Shown here: positions 7,909 to 17,034 of the stretch, piece by piece
How the letters are laid out: the number at the start of each line of letters is the position of its first letter
How positions within the stretch are numbered: position 1 is the first letter of the stretch
IMG/VR virus record: IMGVR_UViG_3300032212_000061
Coordinates: 1-39,351 of that record
Length of the DNA: 39,351 nucleotides
DNA from: a virus
Lineage: Duplodnaviria > Caudoviricetes
Reading direction: 5' to 3' (one strand)
Program-made: the position numbers and the translations under genes
The notes under the pieces: model-generated
The model's database searches: none
Told to the model about the DNA's origin: nothing
What the model saw: only the letters and a program-made list of their open reading frames with translations

Positions 7909-8476
7909 AATTGATAACGATGACATGATTGCGGTCTGGAAGTTTATGGGTGAACACTTTGGCGCAAGCTTTACTTCTCAGTACGGTAATCAAGTTAAAA
8001 CGTGGATGAAACATTTTAAACGTAAAAAATTCACACCGGCACATTTAGAGCTGGGTATGGAAAAGTGCAGAGAGCTAAGTGAAACGCATGCACCAAATCT
8101 TTCTACGTTCTCTCGTTACTGTACGCCACAGATGCATGACTTTCATTTACCGGATGAAGAGGAAGCCTTTTTGATGGCTACGCGTAAAGATTGGCGCGTT
8201 CCTATTGTTTGGTTTGCAGTTAATAAAGTTGGCCAATGGGAATTTAGAACATGGCCAGAAGGTAAAAGTCGAAAAGCTTTTATAAAACAATATCAAAAGT
8301 TGTTTCGATTATATGTGGCCGGTGAAAGGTTTGTTATTCCTGTTCGTGATGTGCCTCAGCTTTCAGAACCCGAGCCTTCTAAAGAAGAAATTGAAGATGC
8401 AAGAATATTTTTAAGAGCGTTTGGAAGCCGTAAAGATGGCTTTCAACCTAAAAACGGTATTAATGATCAGGTGTGA
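7892..8476 (+). CDS. Replication protein P-like helicase loader
   Basis: Follows O; W..M.E.FG..F.S.YG and APNL..F...C...LPD.EEAF pattern of the lambda P-like family; alternative start 7823 with AAGGAG. Confidence 0.7.
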   Translation: MNTRIEIDNDDMIAVWKFMGEHFGASFTSQYGNQVKTWMKHFKRKKFTPAHLELGMEKCRELSETHAPNLSTFSRYCTPQMHDFHLPDEEEAFLMATRKDWRVPIVWFAVNKVGQWEFRTWPEGKSRKAFIKQYQKLFRLYVAGERFVIPVRDVPQLSEPEPSKEEIEDARIFLRAFGSRKDGFQPKNGINDQV

Positions 8477-8870
8477 TCGGGTGGGTGATGTGGACACACA
8501 AAAACCAAGAATAGTAATTATTGGTACCGGCTTAGAGCATAGAGGCGCTAATAAAAGAATGCTTTCCCACCTATTAATTGAATTAGGTTGTGACGTTAAG
8601 GTTGTTGATATAAATGAAAGCTCATCTTTAAGTGGGAATGAATTTAATTGTTTGATTATGGATGAGTTGGTTGAAGGAGATAAGAAAGTGGATAGAAAAA
8701 TTATTGCGATGGCGATAGCTTCTAATTCATTATCAAATGCAATTGAAGCATGTGAGCCAGAATTAAATTGCAGGGATGATGTGGAAATTGACAGCATGAA
8801 ACCCAATATGAATTTTTATCAAACGAAAATGCACCGCCGCAAGAAAGGCGGCAAGGTTAATTTTAGATGA
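8463..8870 (+). CDS. Hypothetical protein
   Basis: ORF overlapping both neighbours; start uncertain. Confidence 0.6.
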   Translation: MIRCDRVGDVDTQKPRIVIIGTGLEHRGANKRMLSHLLIELGCDVKVVDINESSSLSGNEFNCLIMDELVEGDKKVDRKIIAMAIASNSLSNAIEACEPELNCRDDVEIDSMKPNMNFYQTKMHRRKKGGKVNFR

Positions 8871-9124
8871 AGAGGGCAATACAAAAACTAAATGGATTTG
8901 ATGTTTTTGAAAATCCATGGATGGATGAAGTTGTGCCGACTATTCAATTATCAGAAAAAGTAAATGTGTCGCCTGAGTTTAGAAAAAAAGTAAATAAGTG
9001 GTATGAGGAAATGTTTGGGCACAAAGTTGTAATTTTTAAAACGCAAGATGCTTTGTTTATGCATCCAAATACATTACGGAAAATTAAGCAGGGAATTAAT
9101 GAGCAAGAAAAAAGAATTGGTTGA
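8867..9124 (+). CDS. Hypothetical protein
   Basis: Start overlaps the upstream stop region; operon context. Confidence 0.65.
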   Translation: MKRAIQKLNGFDVFENPWMDEVVPTIQLSEKVNVSPEFRKKVNKWYEEMFGHKVVIFKTQDALFMHPNTLRKIKQGINEQEKRIG

Positions 9125-9257
9125 TGTGTATGAAGTGACTTTACCAAAAAGCCTTTCACAAAAATTATCGAAGATGGCTGAAGCAGCTGGTGAGCAAGAT
9201 GATTTAGCTTATTTAGAAATGCGAATTGAACAAATGATTAAAAGGGCAAAGGTTTAA
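9099..9257 (+). CDS. Small ribbon-helix-helix-like protein
   Basis: YEVTLPKSLSQKLSKMAEAAG pattern; start reassigned to ATG 9099 with AGGG RBS. Confidence 0.5.
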   Translation: MSKKKELVDVYEVTLPKSLSQKLSKMAEAAGEQDDLAYLEMRIEQMIKRAKV

Positions 9258-9265
9258 ATTTTAAA

Positions 9266-9281
9266 CGTTCCACATGGAACA
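9266..9281. promoter_or_regulatory. parS-like palindrome
   Basis: CGTTCCACATGGAACA matches TGTTCCACGTGGAACA at 14/16; intergenic. Confidence 0.45.
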
Positions 9282-9302
9282 ATAACTAAGAGGGTTAGGG
9301 AT

Positions 9303-9686
9303 ATGGAAAATTATTTTGGTCACTTTGGTTTTGTTAGTGGTGTTATTTTAGGTTTGGTGTTTGGTGGTCTATTTGGTTGTATGGTTTCTGCAATGTTGGG
9401 ATGGCAGAGCGATAAAACTAACGAGGTGATTGTTAGTGCTTCGTACCAGATGCCGATTGGTTTTGTTTTGGTGATGTATGTTTATCTTGGTCGCGTGTTA
9501 ATTAAAGTTTCTGATATCGATAACAACGATACCGGATTTGTTGATAACCCTGATTTAGATTTAGATGTTAGGTTGGCGTTGGCAGAGGCTCATGCAATCA
9601 ATGTTGAGAAGAACGACAAGATTGATATGAGTTTAAAGGATTTGATTGTAGACGCTGAGAAGCTTGAAAAGGGGCTTGCTGCGTAA
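9303..9686 (+). CDS. Membrane protein (2 predicted TM segments)
   Basis: Two hydrophobic stretches, acidic C-terminus; GAGGGG/AGGG RBS. Confidence 0.7.
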   Translation: MENYFGHFGFVSGVILGLVFGGLFGCMVSAMLGWQSDKTNEVIVSASYQMPIGFVLVMYVYLGRVLIKVSDIDNNDTGFVDNPDLDLDVRLALAEAHAINVEKNDKIDMSLKDLIVDAEKLEKGLAA

Positions 9687-9877
9687 TGAGTGATGCAGCT
9701 GTCAAACTCACAAGGGTTGAGCATGAAGTGCTTGAGTTAGAAATTAGAGAGCATGGTTGTGCTGTCTGCATGCGTGTAGTGACGTTTGGTGATGGCTGTC
9801 ACGTATGCAGAACTAATTTAAAGTTTCCTTCATGTCGTAAGGATAAAAAGAAGGGGTTTAAGTTAAATGACAAATAA
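9686..9877 (+). CDS. Small Cys-rich (zinc-binding) protein
   Basis: TAATG coupling; GCAVC...CHVC...C. Confidence 0.65.
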   Translation: MSDAAVKLTRVEHEVLELEIREHGCAVCMRVVTFGDGCHVCRTNLKFPSCRKDKKKGFKLNDK

Positions 9878-10043
9878 TATCCCTATGCCGAGATTTGTAA
9901 CGGTGCTCACTGAAGGTGATATTTCCAGTGACATGACGGAAGCAATTGAAAACCAAGGTTATAAGCTTAAACGTCATACCGATTATAAAGGTTATGTCAC
10001 TAATGAATTTGAACGAAAGGAGGTTGTTCATGTTGTCGCCTGA
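9867..10043 (+). CDS. 58-aa hypothetical protein (not in ORF track)
   Basis: MTNNIPMPRFVTVLTEGDISSDMTEAIENQGYKLKRHTDYKGYVTNEFERKEVVHVVA fills the gap and overlaps both neighbours. Confidence 0.6.
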   Translation: MTNNIPMPRFVTVLTEGDISSDMTEAIENQGYKLKRHTDYKGYVTNEFERKEVVHVVA

Positions 10044-10551
10044 AGATGTGTGTTCTTGTCATCGTCCTGAAGTACCTGGTCTTATTTGCGCGGGAATGCC
10101 TCAGCATTGGTTTTATGCTGGCCAGTTAAAGTTTGCGCAAGATGACAGTAGTGCGGTTATGGATTTACTGGATTATAAGTTGTGGGATATCGCAGTTAAA
10201 ATGGCCGTTAGATTAAACTGGAAAACACGAAAGGATGATGTGGGTAAAAGTTTCTTGAGAAAGATGGCCCAGCTTGCATTGTTTGAAATGAATGCACCAG
10301 CAAGATTTAATGCACCGGATGCATGGCAGTTACGTGCGGCATTTATGGGTGTTAAAAAGTCTCAGTGGTTCGCGGTTTGGTCTGGTCGTTATAAAGTTTT
10401 GTTTGATGAGTTGAATGAATGGACTAATCGGGCTTTTCGATATATTAAAATTCGTAAGAGAAAAGAATTGCGTGAAGCGGGTGAAATGGTCGGTGCAACT
10501 TTAGAAAATGAAGAGCGCTGGATGGAAATCATGTTTGAGAGGGTGGCGTGA
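10030..10551 (+). CDS. Antitermination protein Q-like
   Basis: Upstream of late promoter/terminators; strong AAAGGAGG before ATG 10030; C-terminal helical RAAFMGV..SQW...W. Confidence 0.65.
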   Translation: MLSPEDVCSCHRPEVPGLICAGMPQHWFYAGQLKFAQDDSSAVMDLLDYKLWDIAVKMAVRLNWKTRKDDVGKSFLRKMAQLALFEMNAPARFNAPDAWQLRAAFMGVKKSQWFAVWSGRYKVLFDELNEWTNRAFRYIKIRKRKELREAGEMVGATLENEERWMEIMFERVA

Positions 10552-10552
10552 T

Positions 10553-10699
10553 ATGTATTGTGATACTTGTGGTGGTGGGTTTATGAACGTTTACGATGAA
10601 GACCCTAATTTTGTTGTGTCAGCAAAGAAGCTATGGACTGATAACTTTCCAGAAGAAAAGCCGACAAGCTGGACGTGGCTGCAAGATGATGAATATTAA
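10553..10699 (+). CDS. Small hypothetical protein (CxxC)
   Basis: GAGGG RBS, ATG just after the Q stop. Confidence 0.5.
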   Translation: MYCDTCGGGFMNVYDEDPNFVVSAKKLWTDNFPEEKPTSWTWLQDDEY

Positions 10700-10746
10700 T
10701 TTGAAATATTTTATTAACTGTTACATAAACTTAAAAGGAAAATGAT

Positions 10747-11022
10747 ATGAATGATAAACTGTGCACTGCTAGCGAATTAAGAGAAAATAATCATACAATG
10801 TTAAGTAATGCAATTAACGATATGAATAACGTGATAACTCATGCGGAATCATTGCTTGGCAGAATAATTAATGGTGAGGATCGACCAGATGTAGCTGGTA
10901 GCAACGAAAAAAGTATAGAGCCTACTTTGGCGGGTGTTTTATCAAGCGCCCCACAAGAAATAAGAAATAAAAGCGCAGAATTGCATGATTTGCTAAATAA
11001 AATATCTGAAACATTATTTTAA
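10747..11022 (+). CDS. Hypothetical helical protein
   Basis: AAAGGA RBS; 91-aa ORF. Confidence 0.65.
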   Translation: MNDKLCTASELRENNHTMLSNAINDMNNVITHAESLLGRIINGEDRPDVAGSNEKSIEPTLAGVLSSAPQEIRNKSAELHDLLNKISETLF

Positions 11023-11030
11023 ATATGTTG

Positions 11031-11059
11031 TTGACATTACCGGACTGAGAATGTAATTT
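11031..11059 (+). promoter_or_regulatory. Late promoter pR'
   Basis: TTGACA-17 bp-TAATTT, followed by two terminators and the late operon. Confidence 0.8.
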
Positions 11060-11074
11060 ATTCCCATGCTACAG

Positions 11075-11109
11075 AAATGCCCCTTAACGAAAGTTACGGG
11101 GCATTTTTT
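11075..11109 (+). terminator. tR'-like terminator 1
   Basis: AAATGCCCC-TTAAC-GAAA-GTTA-C-GGGGCATTTTTT. Confidence 0.85.
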
Positions 11110-11145
11110 GTGGCCGTAATAAAAACATTTTGACTCCAAATCGTT

Positions 11146-11168
11146 GCCCTCCTTGTGAGGGCTTTTTT
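11146..11168 (+). terminator. tR'-like terminator 2
   Basis: GCCCTC-CTTGT-GAGGGC followed by T6. Confidence 0.8.
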
Positions 11169-11185
11169 ATGCTCAAGGACAAAGC

Positions 11186-11407
11186 ATGGCTGAAAGAATA
11201 GCTCTTATATCAACAGCTACAACATACACAGCAAGTAGTGGCGCTGTTTTCTTTGGCGCTTTTACCGCTAATGAATTGGCTGCTGTTGGTGGTTTAACTC
11301 TCGGGCTTTTAACTTTTGGCGTTAATTTTTATTTCAAACATAAACACTATCAGCTGGCTTTAGCTGAATTAAAGCAAAAACAGCAAGATAACGAAGAGCA
11401 CTTTTAA
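11186..11407 (+). CDS. Holin (HP1/class II-like)
   Basis: 73 aa; TYTAS...G...T.NE.AA..G...GLLTF.VN.YFK pattern; first late gene. Confidence 0.85.
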   Translation: MAERIALISTATTYTASSGAVFFGAFTANELAAVGGLTLGLLTFGVNFYFKHKHYQLALAELKQKQQDNEEHF

Positions 11408-11432
11408 AATTTAATGAGGTTCCCCAAGAATC

Positions 11433-12020
11433 ATGTCTTCAGCAAGAAACATAAATGGACTGACTGAAAAACAGCAAGTCTTTTGTGATCTTTATCGTGC
11501 GTCTGAAGACCCTGATGTTCGTGGCAATGCTAAGCGTTGTTACATGATTGCTTATGGTGCTACCGCAAAGAGTGCTGAGGCGAATGGGCCACGGTTATTG
11601 AAAGATAAGCACGTTGCTGAATATTTAAAAACAAAAACAACCTTGACAATGGATAAATTTGATTTATCCGAGGAACGCATTATTCAGGAAGTGGCTTGTA
11701 TTGCATTTTTTGATAAAGCTGACTTATTCGATGAAAATAAAAAAATGCTGCATGTTAGTGATATGCCAGAGCATGCGAGAAGGGCATTGTCTTCAGTGGA
11801 GGTTGCTGAAATTGGAGATGATGACAAGGTTATTGGTTTAACAACAAAAGTTAAGCAGAGCGAAAAGAAACCCGCTCTTGAATTGATTATGAAATACAAA
11901 GGCATGCTCAAAGAGAAGGTTGAGCATTCTGGCAGTGTCGGGGGAGTACTGCTTGTACCTAGTGAAGTGGATGCAGCCGAATGGCAGAAACAGCACTTTC
12001 CCCAATTGAACCAGACTTAA
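11433..12020 (+). CDS. terS: Terminase small subunit
   Basis: LTEKQQVFC..Y...NA......YG...A...G.RLL...V; K..ALEL...GM..EKVEHSG. Confidence 0.92.
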   Translation: MSSARNINGLTEKQQVFCDLYRASEDPDVRGNAKRCYMIAYGATAKSAEANGPRLLKDKHVAEYLKTKTTLTMDKFDLSEERIIQEVACIAFFDKADLFDENKKMLHVSDMPEHARRALSSVEVAEIGDDDKVIGLTTKVKQSEKKPALELIMKYKGMLKEKVEHSGSVGGVLLVPSEVDAAEWQKQHFPQLNQT

Positions 12021-13417
12021 AAATTGTCTGGACACCGTATGAAGGTGGTCAAACAAGATTTTTAACGTGTCCGATAAAAGAAATATTTGCTGAAGGCAAT
12101 CGTGGTGGTGGTAAGACCGACACGTTGTTGATGAAGTTTTTGCGTTATGTTGGCGTGGGATATGGCGCGGCATGGACAGGTGTTATTTTTCGTCGTGAAT
12201 ATAAACATCTTGACGATATTATTAAAAAGTCTAAGCGTTGGATTCCACAGATTTTCCCTGGTGCACGTTGGTTAGGTTCGAATAATTCTTATAAGTGGAT
12301 TTTCCCTGATGGGGAACAGCTTTTATTTAGAACAATGAACGACCCCGAAAAGTATTGGGATTATCACGGCCATGAATATCCGTTTATTGGCTTTGAAGAG
12401 TTAACCAATTGGCCTACAGATGAATGCTATGAGGTTATGAAATCTTGTAGCCGGTGTTCTATTGATGGTGTTCCCAAGTTTTATCTATCAACCGGCAATC
12501 CGTTTGGTGCTGGCCATGGTTGGGTTAAAGCACGTTTTATTGATATTGGCCCTGAAGGAACGGTTGCTATTGATGAAGCGGGTAATAGTCGAGTGCGTAT
12601 TAACGTTAGCCTGGATGATAACCCTGCAATTATTGAAAACGATCCTGAATACGTTAAACAGCTTGAAGGCATTAAAAACCCTGAATTGAAAAAAGCATGG
12701 CGGCATGGTGATTGGGATATTGCGGTTGGTGGCTTCTTACAAGGTATCTGGGATAGCAAAGTTCATAAGGTTAAGCCGTTTAAGATTCCAAGTGATTGGC
12801 CTCGTTGGAGGGCTATGGATTGGGGGAGTGCTAAACCGTATTCAATCGGTTGGTATTGCTTGAGTCCTGAAGGTGAAATTTATCGTTACCGTGAGTTATA
12901 CGGTGGTGATGGTAATAAGCCTAATGTCGGTTCACGAGAATCTGCAACAGTCGTCGCTAAACGCATTTATAAAATTGAAGCCCAAGAACGTAAAGCGGGT
13001 ATTCGTTTTTTAAAGAATCCAGCTGATTCAGCTATGTGGGCTGATGTTGGTAATGAGCAAAGCATTAATGATTTGTTTAAAAAACAAAAGGTGCGTTGGG
13101 TTAAATCTAAGAAAGGCCCAGGCTCTCGCGTTATTGGTGCGCAGTTAATTATTAACGCGTTAACTGAAAATAAGTTTTTTGTTTTTGATATCTGTAAACA
13201 TTGGTTAAGAACTATACCAGTACTCATGCCTAACGCGAGTAATTGGGAAGATGTGGATACCGAAATGGAAGACCATGCGTGGGATGAAACGATGTATTCA
13301 CTTCGTTCACGTCATAAGGTTTTAAGTGTTGAGCAAAAAGAAGAAGGGCCAGCAGTAGGCACGTTTGGTTGGCTTGAACAAGTTACTTCAAACAAGGTAA
13401 CGCGTGATATTGAATAA
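11981..13417 (+). CDS. terL: Terminase large subunit
   Basis: Walker A GNRGGGKT, Walker B IGFEEL, TGNP, nuclease MDWG and DHAWDE. Confidence 0.95.
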   Translation: MAETALSPIEPDLKIVWTPYEGGQTRFLTCPIKEIFAEGNRGGGKTDTLLMKFLRYVGVGYGAAWTGVIFRREYKHLDDIIKKSKRWIPQIFPGARWLGSNNSYKWIFPDGEQLLFRTMNDPEKYWDYHGHEYPFIGFEELTNWPTDECYEVMKSCSRCSIDGVPKFYLSTGNPFGAGHGWVKARFIDIGPEGTVAIDEAGNSRVRINVSLDDNPAIIENDPEYVKQLEGIKNPELKKAWRHGDWDIAVGGFLQGIWDSKVHKVKPFKIPSDWPRWRAMDWGSAKPYSIGWYCLSPEGEIYRYRELYGGDGNKPNVGSRESATVVAKRIYKIEAQERKAGIRFLKNPADSAMWADVGNEQSINDLFKKQKVRWVKSKKGPGSRVIGAQLIINALTENKFFVFDICKHWLRTIPVLMPNASNWEDVDTEMEDHAWDETMYSLRSRHKVLSVEQKEEGPAVGTFGWLEQVTSNKVTRDIE

Positions 13418-13458
13418 CAATTTTTTACCGGTGAAATAAATAACTAGGAGATAGGAAG

Positions 13459-13758
13459 ATGAGTTTACAAAGTAAACCGATTGCCATTGCTCAAGCAGTA
13501 GGTCAATCAACAGCAGTGAAAATGGATGCTACACCTTTTTTAGCGCGTCATGCGGGTGTTGCTGAGTTAACAAGTTCAAATGATCGTGTTGTCAAGTTAC
13601 AAGAAAGTAATGATAACGAAGTGACGTGGACAGATGTGGCGGGTGCCAGTGTTTCAACGGGTACAGCTCGTTTCCCAATTGCTTTAATGGCTGATGCTTA
13701 CCGTATTGATGTGAGTGGCGGTACTACGGGTACCGGTAGCGGCAATATCGAAGCGTAA
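13459..13758 (+). CDS. Small beta-rich virion protein (possible decoration/cement)
   Basis: AGGAG RBS; VKLQESNDNEVTWTDV resembles the N-domain of 21076-21648. Confidence 0.65.
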   Translation: MSLQSKPIAIAQAVGQSTAVKMDATPFLARHAGVAELTSSNDRVVKLQESNDNEVTWTDVAGASVSTGTARFPIALMADAYRIDVSGGTTGTGSGNIEA

Positions 13759-13771
13759 CGAGTAACCACTT

Positions 13772-15745
13772 ATGACAACAGAAAATGAGAGCACGTTAAC
13801 GCCAGAAGAAAAGAAGGCGCTTGATGAAAAACGTGCTCTCATTTTAAAGTGGAATAATGATATTAAAAGCGCGAAAGATGCTGAGGCTGTTAGTAAGTAT
13901 CACAAGAAAATTAAGCAAAACCGCTTACGCGTTGAAGGGTTCATAAAAGGTGAATCCGGTGAAGAAAAAACAAGAACAAATTTAATCTATTCAACAATAC
14001 GTGCTCAGCAAGCGCGTGTTTATGCAAAAAACCCTGAAATTCAAATACGCCCAAGTAAAGCCGTTAGCCAAAAAGAATACGCGAAATGGAAAACATTTTG
14101 CTTAACCGCAGAGGTGGTACTTAACCGCCAGTTATCGGATGCTAAATTAAAAAAACGCGGTAAGGCCAGTGTACGCGCTTCACTTACAAGCAACGTTGGT
14201 TGGGTGAAAGTTGTTTATCAGGATGACATTGAAGAAGATCCTAAAGTCATAGCACGTATTCAAGACACGCAAGATAATATTCGCAAAATTGAAGCGTTGA
14301 TGTGTGATTGCGAAAATGAAGACGAAACAAAAGACTACGAAGCTAAAAAAGCTCAACTAGAAATAATGGTTGAGTCACTTGAGTCTGAAGTTGAAGTTTC
14401 ACGCGCTGAAGGTTTAGTGGTAGACCGAATTTTAAGCGAAGATATGTTGTGGGATCCCGATGTTGCTGAGTTTGAAATGGTGTCTGAATTATCTCGCTGG
14501 ATGGCGCAAGGCTTCTGGTATGACGAAGATGAATTTAACGAAGTGTTTGGTCGCAAGCCACACGAAAAAGCAACAACCTATTCAGCTAAAAAAGATAATA
14601 AGCAAGAAATTAATAATGAACACTCAAAATATCGTGTATGGGAAATTTGGGATCGTGTAAGCAATACGATTTATACAGTATGTGAAGGCGATATTGATTA
14701 TTGTCGTGACCCGTATCAGCCAACATTATTAGGTGAGCGTTGGTACCCGTTCTTTGATTTGGCGCTTATTCCTGTTGATGGTGCCAAGCTACCAATGTCT
14801 GCCGTTGAAATGCTTGAAAAGCTTCAAGACGAGTATGAAGAAACGCGTGATAAGTTTGTTAAGCACCGTGAAGTTAATGTTCCTCATTATATTTTAAGTT
14901 CTGATACCGATGAAAAGTCTATACAAAGAAAACAAAACGCCGATATGGGCGAGCTGGTCATTATTGATACCGATGGCAGACCATTAAATCAAGTATTCCA
15001 AAAAGCTGAGTCATTAAATGTTAATCCAATGGATTATGACACGTCTGCTATTCGTAACGACTTCGAGTATATGTCGGGCTTGGGCGATAGTGCGCGTGGT
15101 GGCGTTTCTAAAGCCAAGACGTTAGGCGAAGCACAATTAATGGAAGCCAACATATCTTCGCGCAGTGATGATATGACAGACATTATTGAAGATTGGATGC
15201 TTGAAATTGGTCGTTATTCACTGGAAGTACTTTTACAAGAGCTTAATGAAGAACAAGTGAAACGTATTGCCGGTGAAGATGCTCAATGGCCTGAAATGTC
15301 AAAAGAAGATTTGTTTGACATGGTGAATATTGAGGTGCGTGCCGGTTCATCCGGTAAGCCTAATAAAATGCAAGAACAACAAACGTGGGTTGAGTTTATG
15401 CCCAAGTTACAAGAGTTAATTGCTCAAGTAGCTGAATTGCGTGAAGCGGATAAAGATGATTTAGCCGATTCAATGATTATGATTGCGCGTGAAACGATTC
15501 GCCGCTTTGATGACCGTATTGATATCGAAGAGTTTTTGCCAAAGCAAGAAGAAGATGATGCAGAAGAAAGCCAGCAAAAAATCATGGCCATGCAAAAGCA
15601 AGCAGAGCTTGATCAAGCAGAGATTGAACAGCTTAAAGCCAATATTCGTGACACTAATGCAAGTGCCGAAAAGAAAGAAACTGAAACTGATCTGATTGTT
15701 GCTGAAAACGGTTTAGTTCCTGAAGAAGAAGTATTGCAAGTTTAA
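13772..15745 (+). CDS. Portal protein (P22-like)
   Basis: 657 aa after terminase; NLI, G.GW.KV, SG..D..RG, T.GEA motifs; helical C-terminal barrel. Confidence 0.88.
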   Translation: MTTENESTLTPEEKKALDEKRALILKWNNDIKSAKDAEAVSKYHKKIKQNRLRVEGFIKGESGEEKTRTNLIYSTIRAQQARVYAKNPEIQIRPSKAVSQKEYAKWKTFCLTAEVVLNRQLSDAKLKKRGKASVRASLTSNVGWVKVVYQDDIEEDPKVIARIQDTQDNIRKIEALMCDCENEDETKDYEAKKAQLEIMVESLESEVEVSRAEGLVVDRILSEDMLWDPDVAEFEMVSELSRWMAQGFWYDEDEFNEVFGRKPHEKATTYSAKKDNKQEINNEHSKYRVWEIWDRVSNTIYTVCEGDIDYCRDPYQPTLLGERWYPFFDLALIPVDGAKLPMSAVEMLEKLQDEYEETRDKFVKHREVNVPHYILSSDTDEKSIQRKQNADMGELVIIDTDGRPLNQVFQKAESLNVNPMDYDTSAIRNDFEYMSGLGDSARGGVSKAKTLGEAQLMEANISSRSDDMTDIIEDWMLEIGRYSLEVLLQELNEEQVKRIAGEDAQWPEMSKEDLFDMVNIEVRAGSSGKPNKMQEQQTWVEFMPKLQELIAQVAELREADKDDLADSMIMIARETIRRFDDRIDIEEFLPKQEEDDAEESQQKIMAMQKQAELDQAEIEQLKANIRDTNASAEKKETETDLIVAENGLVPEEEVLQV

Positions 15746-15774
15746 TTTTTCCCCAACGAAAAAGGTAATTCCCC

Positions 15775-16881
15775 ATGGATCCAAAATTAGATGATGAATT
15801 AGAAAATGAAGTAGAAAATGAAAACGGGCCTGATGAGTCTGCGTTGTCTTCAAATGAAAATGGTGAAGGTGAACAAACAGCTTCACCGGCTGAAAAAGAA
15901 CAAACGTCACTTGATGCTATGTCTGAGGCATTGGTTAATGCTCAAACAGAAAGCGAGGAAGGCCATGAAGAAAAAACAGAAGATGAAGAAGGCGACAGTG
16001 AAAAAGTCGCTGATGAAGATGGTGAAAAAGATGGGGGGTCAGATAATGATGAACCAAAATCAAAAGCACCAACAGATGAAGAGCTGTTAAAGCCGTTACC
16101 AGAAGGCACGCCAGAAAAAACAGCAGAACGTTTTGAAAAGTTAACTGAAGGTTTTAAAAGTCTTAAAGAAGATTATGAGTTGCTTGAAACTGAAGCAATA
16201 GATAACAAAAAATACCGTGAAGACTTTGATGCGTTAATTCAGCATTCAAGCGCAACACCAGAAGAGTTTAATGAGCTAATCAATTATTCTCACATGGTTA
16301 AAAATGGCGACCTTGAAGGTGCCTTAGCCTTGTTAGATGGCCAGCGTCAACAGCTTGCAAATGCAATGGGTAAATCATTACCTGGTGTTGATTTGTTTTC
16401 TGCTCATCCTGATTTGCAAGAAAAAATAGAAAACTTTGAAATGTCAGAAGAAGATGCGGCAGAAATTGTGCGTGCACGTAATCTTCAGCAACAACAACAA
16501 AACAACCAAGCCGAATTAAAACGCCAGCAAGAAAATGATGCGATTCAACAAAAAGCGGATCATGATTTTAATGCGCGTGTTAATACGGCAAATAATGCAG
16601 TGATGAGTCTGGTTGAAGATTGGCAAAAAAATGATATTAACTTTAAAGCCAAGCAAGCTGTCATCGTTGCGAAAGTTGAAGAAATTGGTAAGGACTATCC
16701 ACCTGAGCAGTGGGCAGAACAGCTTAATCTTAATTATCAAACTATTAAAGTTGATGGCAGATCGTCTTCGCGGTCTGTAAATCAACACCGGCCTTTGCGT
16801 ACTGGTGGCGGTGGTAGCGGTGGAACAAAGGCACCGGCTTCGTCATTGGATGCAATGTCACAAGCGTTAGATAGCTTATAA
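15775..16881 (+). CDS. Capsid scaffolding protein
   Basis: Very acidic N-terminus, coiled coil, between portal and capsid. Confidence 0.8.
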   Translation: MDPKLDDELENEVENENGPDESALSSNENGEGEQTASPAEKEQTSLDAMSEALVNAQTESEEGHEEKTEDEEGDSEKVADEDGEKDGGSDNDEPKSKAPTDEELLKPLPEGTPEKTAERFEKLTEGFKSLKEDYELLETEAIDNKKYREDFDALIQHSSATPEEFNELINYSHMVKNGDLEGALALLDGQRQQLANAMGKSLPGVDLFSAHPDLQEKIENFEMSEEDAAEIVRARNLQQQQQNNQAELKRQQENDAIQQKADHDFNARVNTANNAVMSLVEDWQKNDINFKAKQAVIVAKVEEIGKDYPPEQWAEQLNLNYQTIKVDGRSSSRSVNQHRPLRTGGGGSGGTKAPASSLDAMSQALDSL

Positions 16882-16902
16882 CGTTTAAAAGTAGTACAGC
16901 AA

Positions 16903-16977
16903 CAGCACCCTAGCAGATTGTCGGACTCGCGCCCGACAGGACAGATTTTTATGAGGCTTCGTCTTCCTCAAGTGCTG
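16903..16977 (+). ncRNA. Candidate structured cis RNA upstream of capsid gene
   Basis: CAGCAC/GTGCTG closing stem enclosing TGTCGG/CCGACA and TGAGG/CCTCA hairpins. Confidence 0.45.
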
Positions 16978-17034
16978 AGAAAAAAACTTTGTTATTTCAA
17001 CAGGGTTTAACTCAAACTTGAAAAGGAGGGCGAC

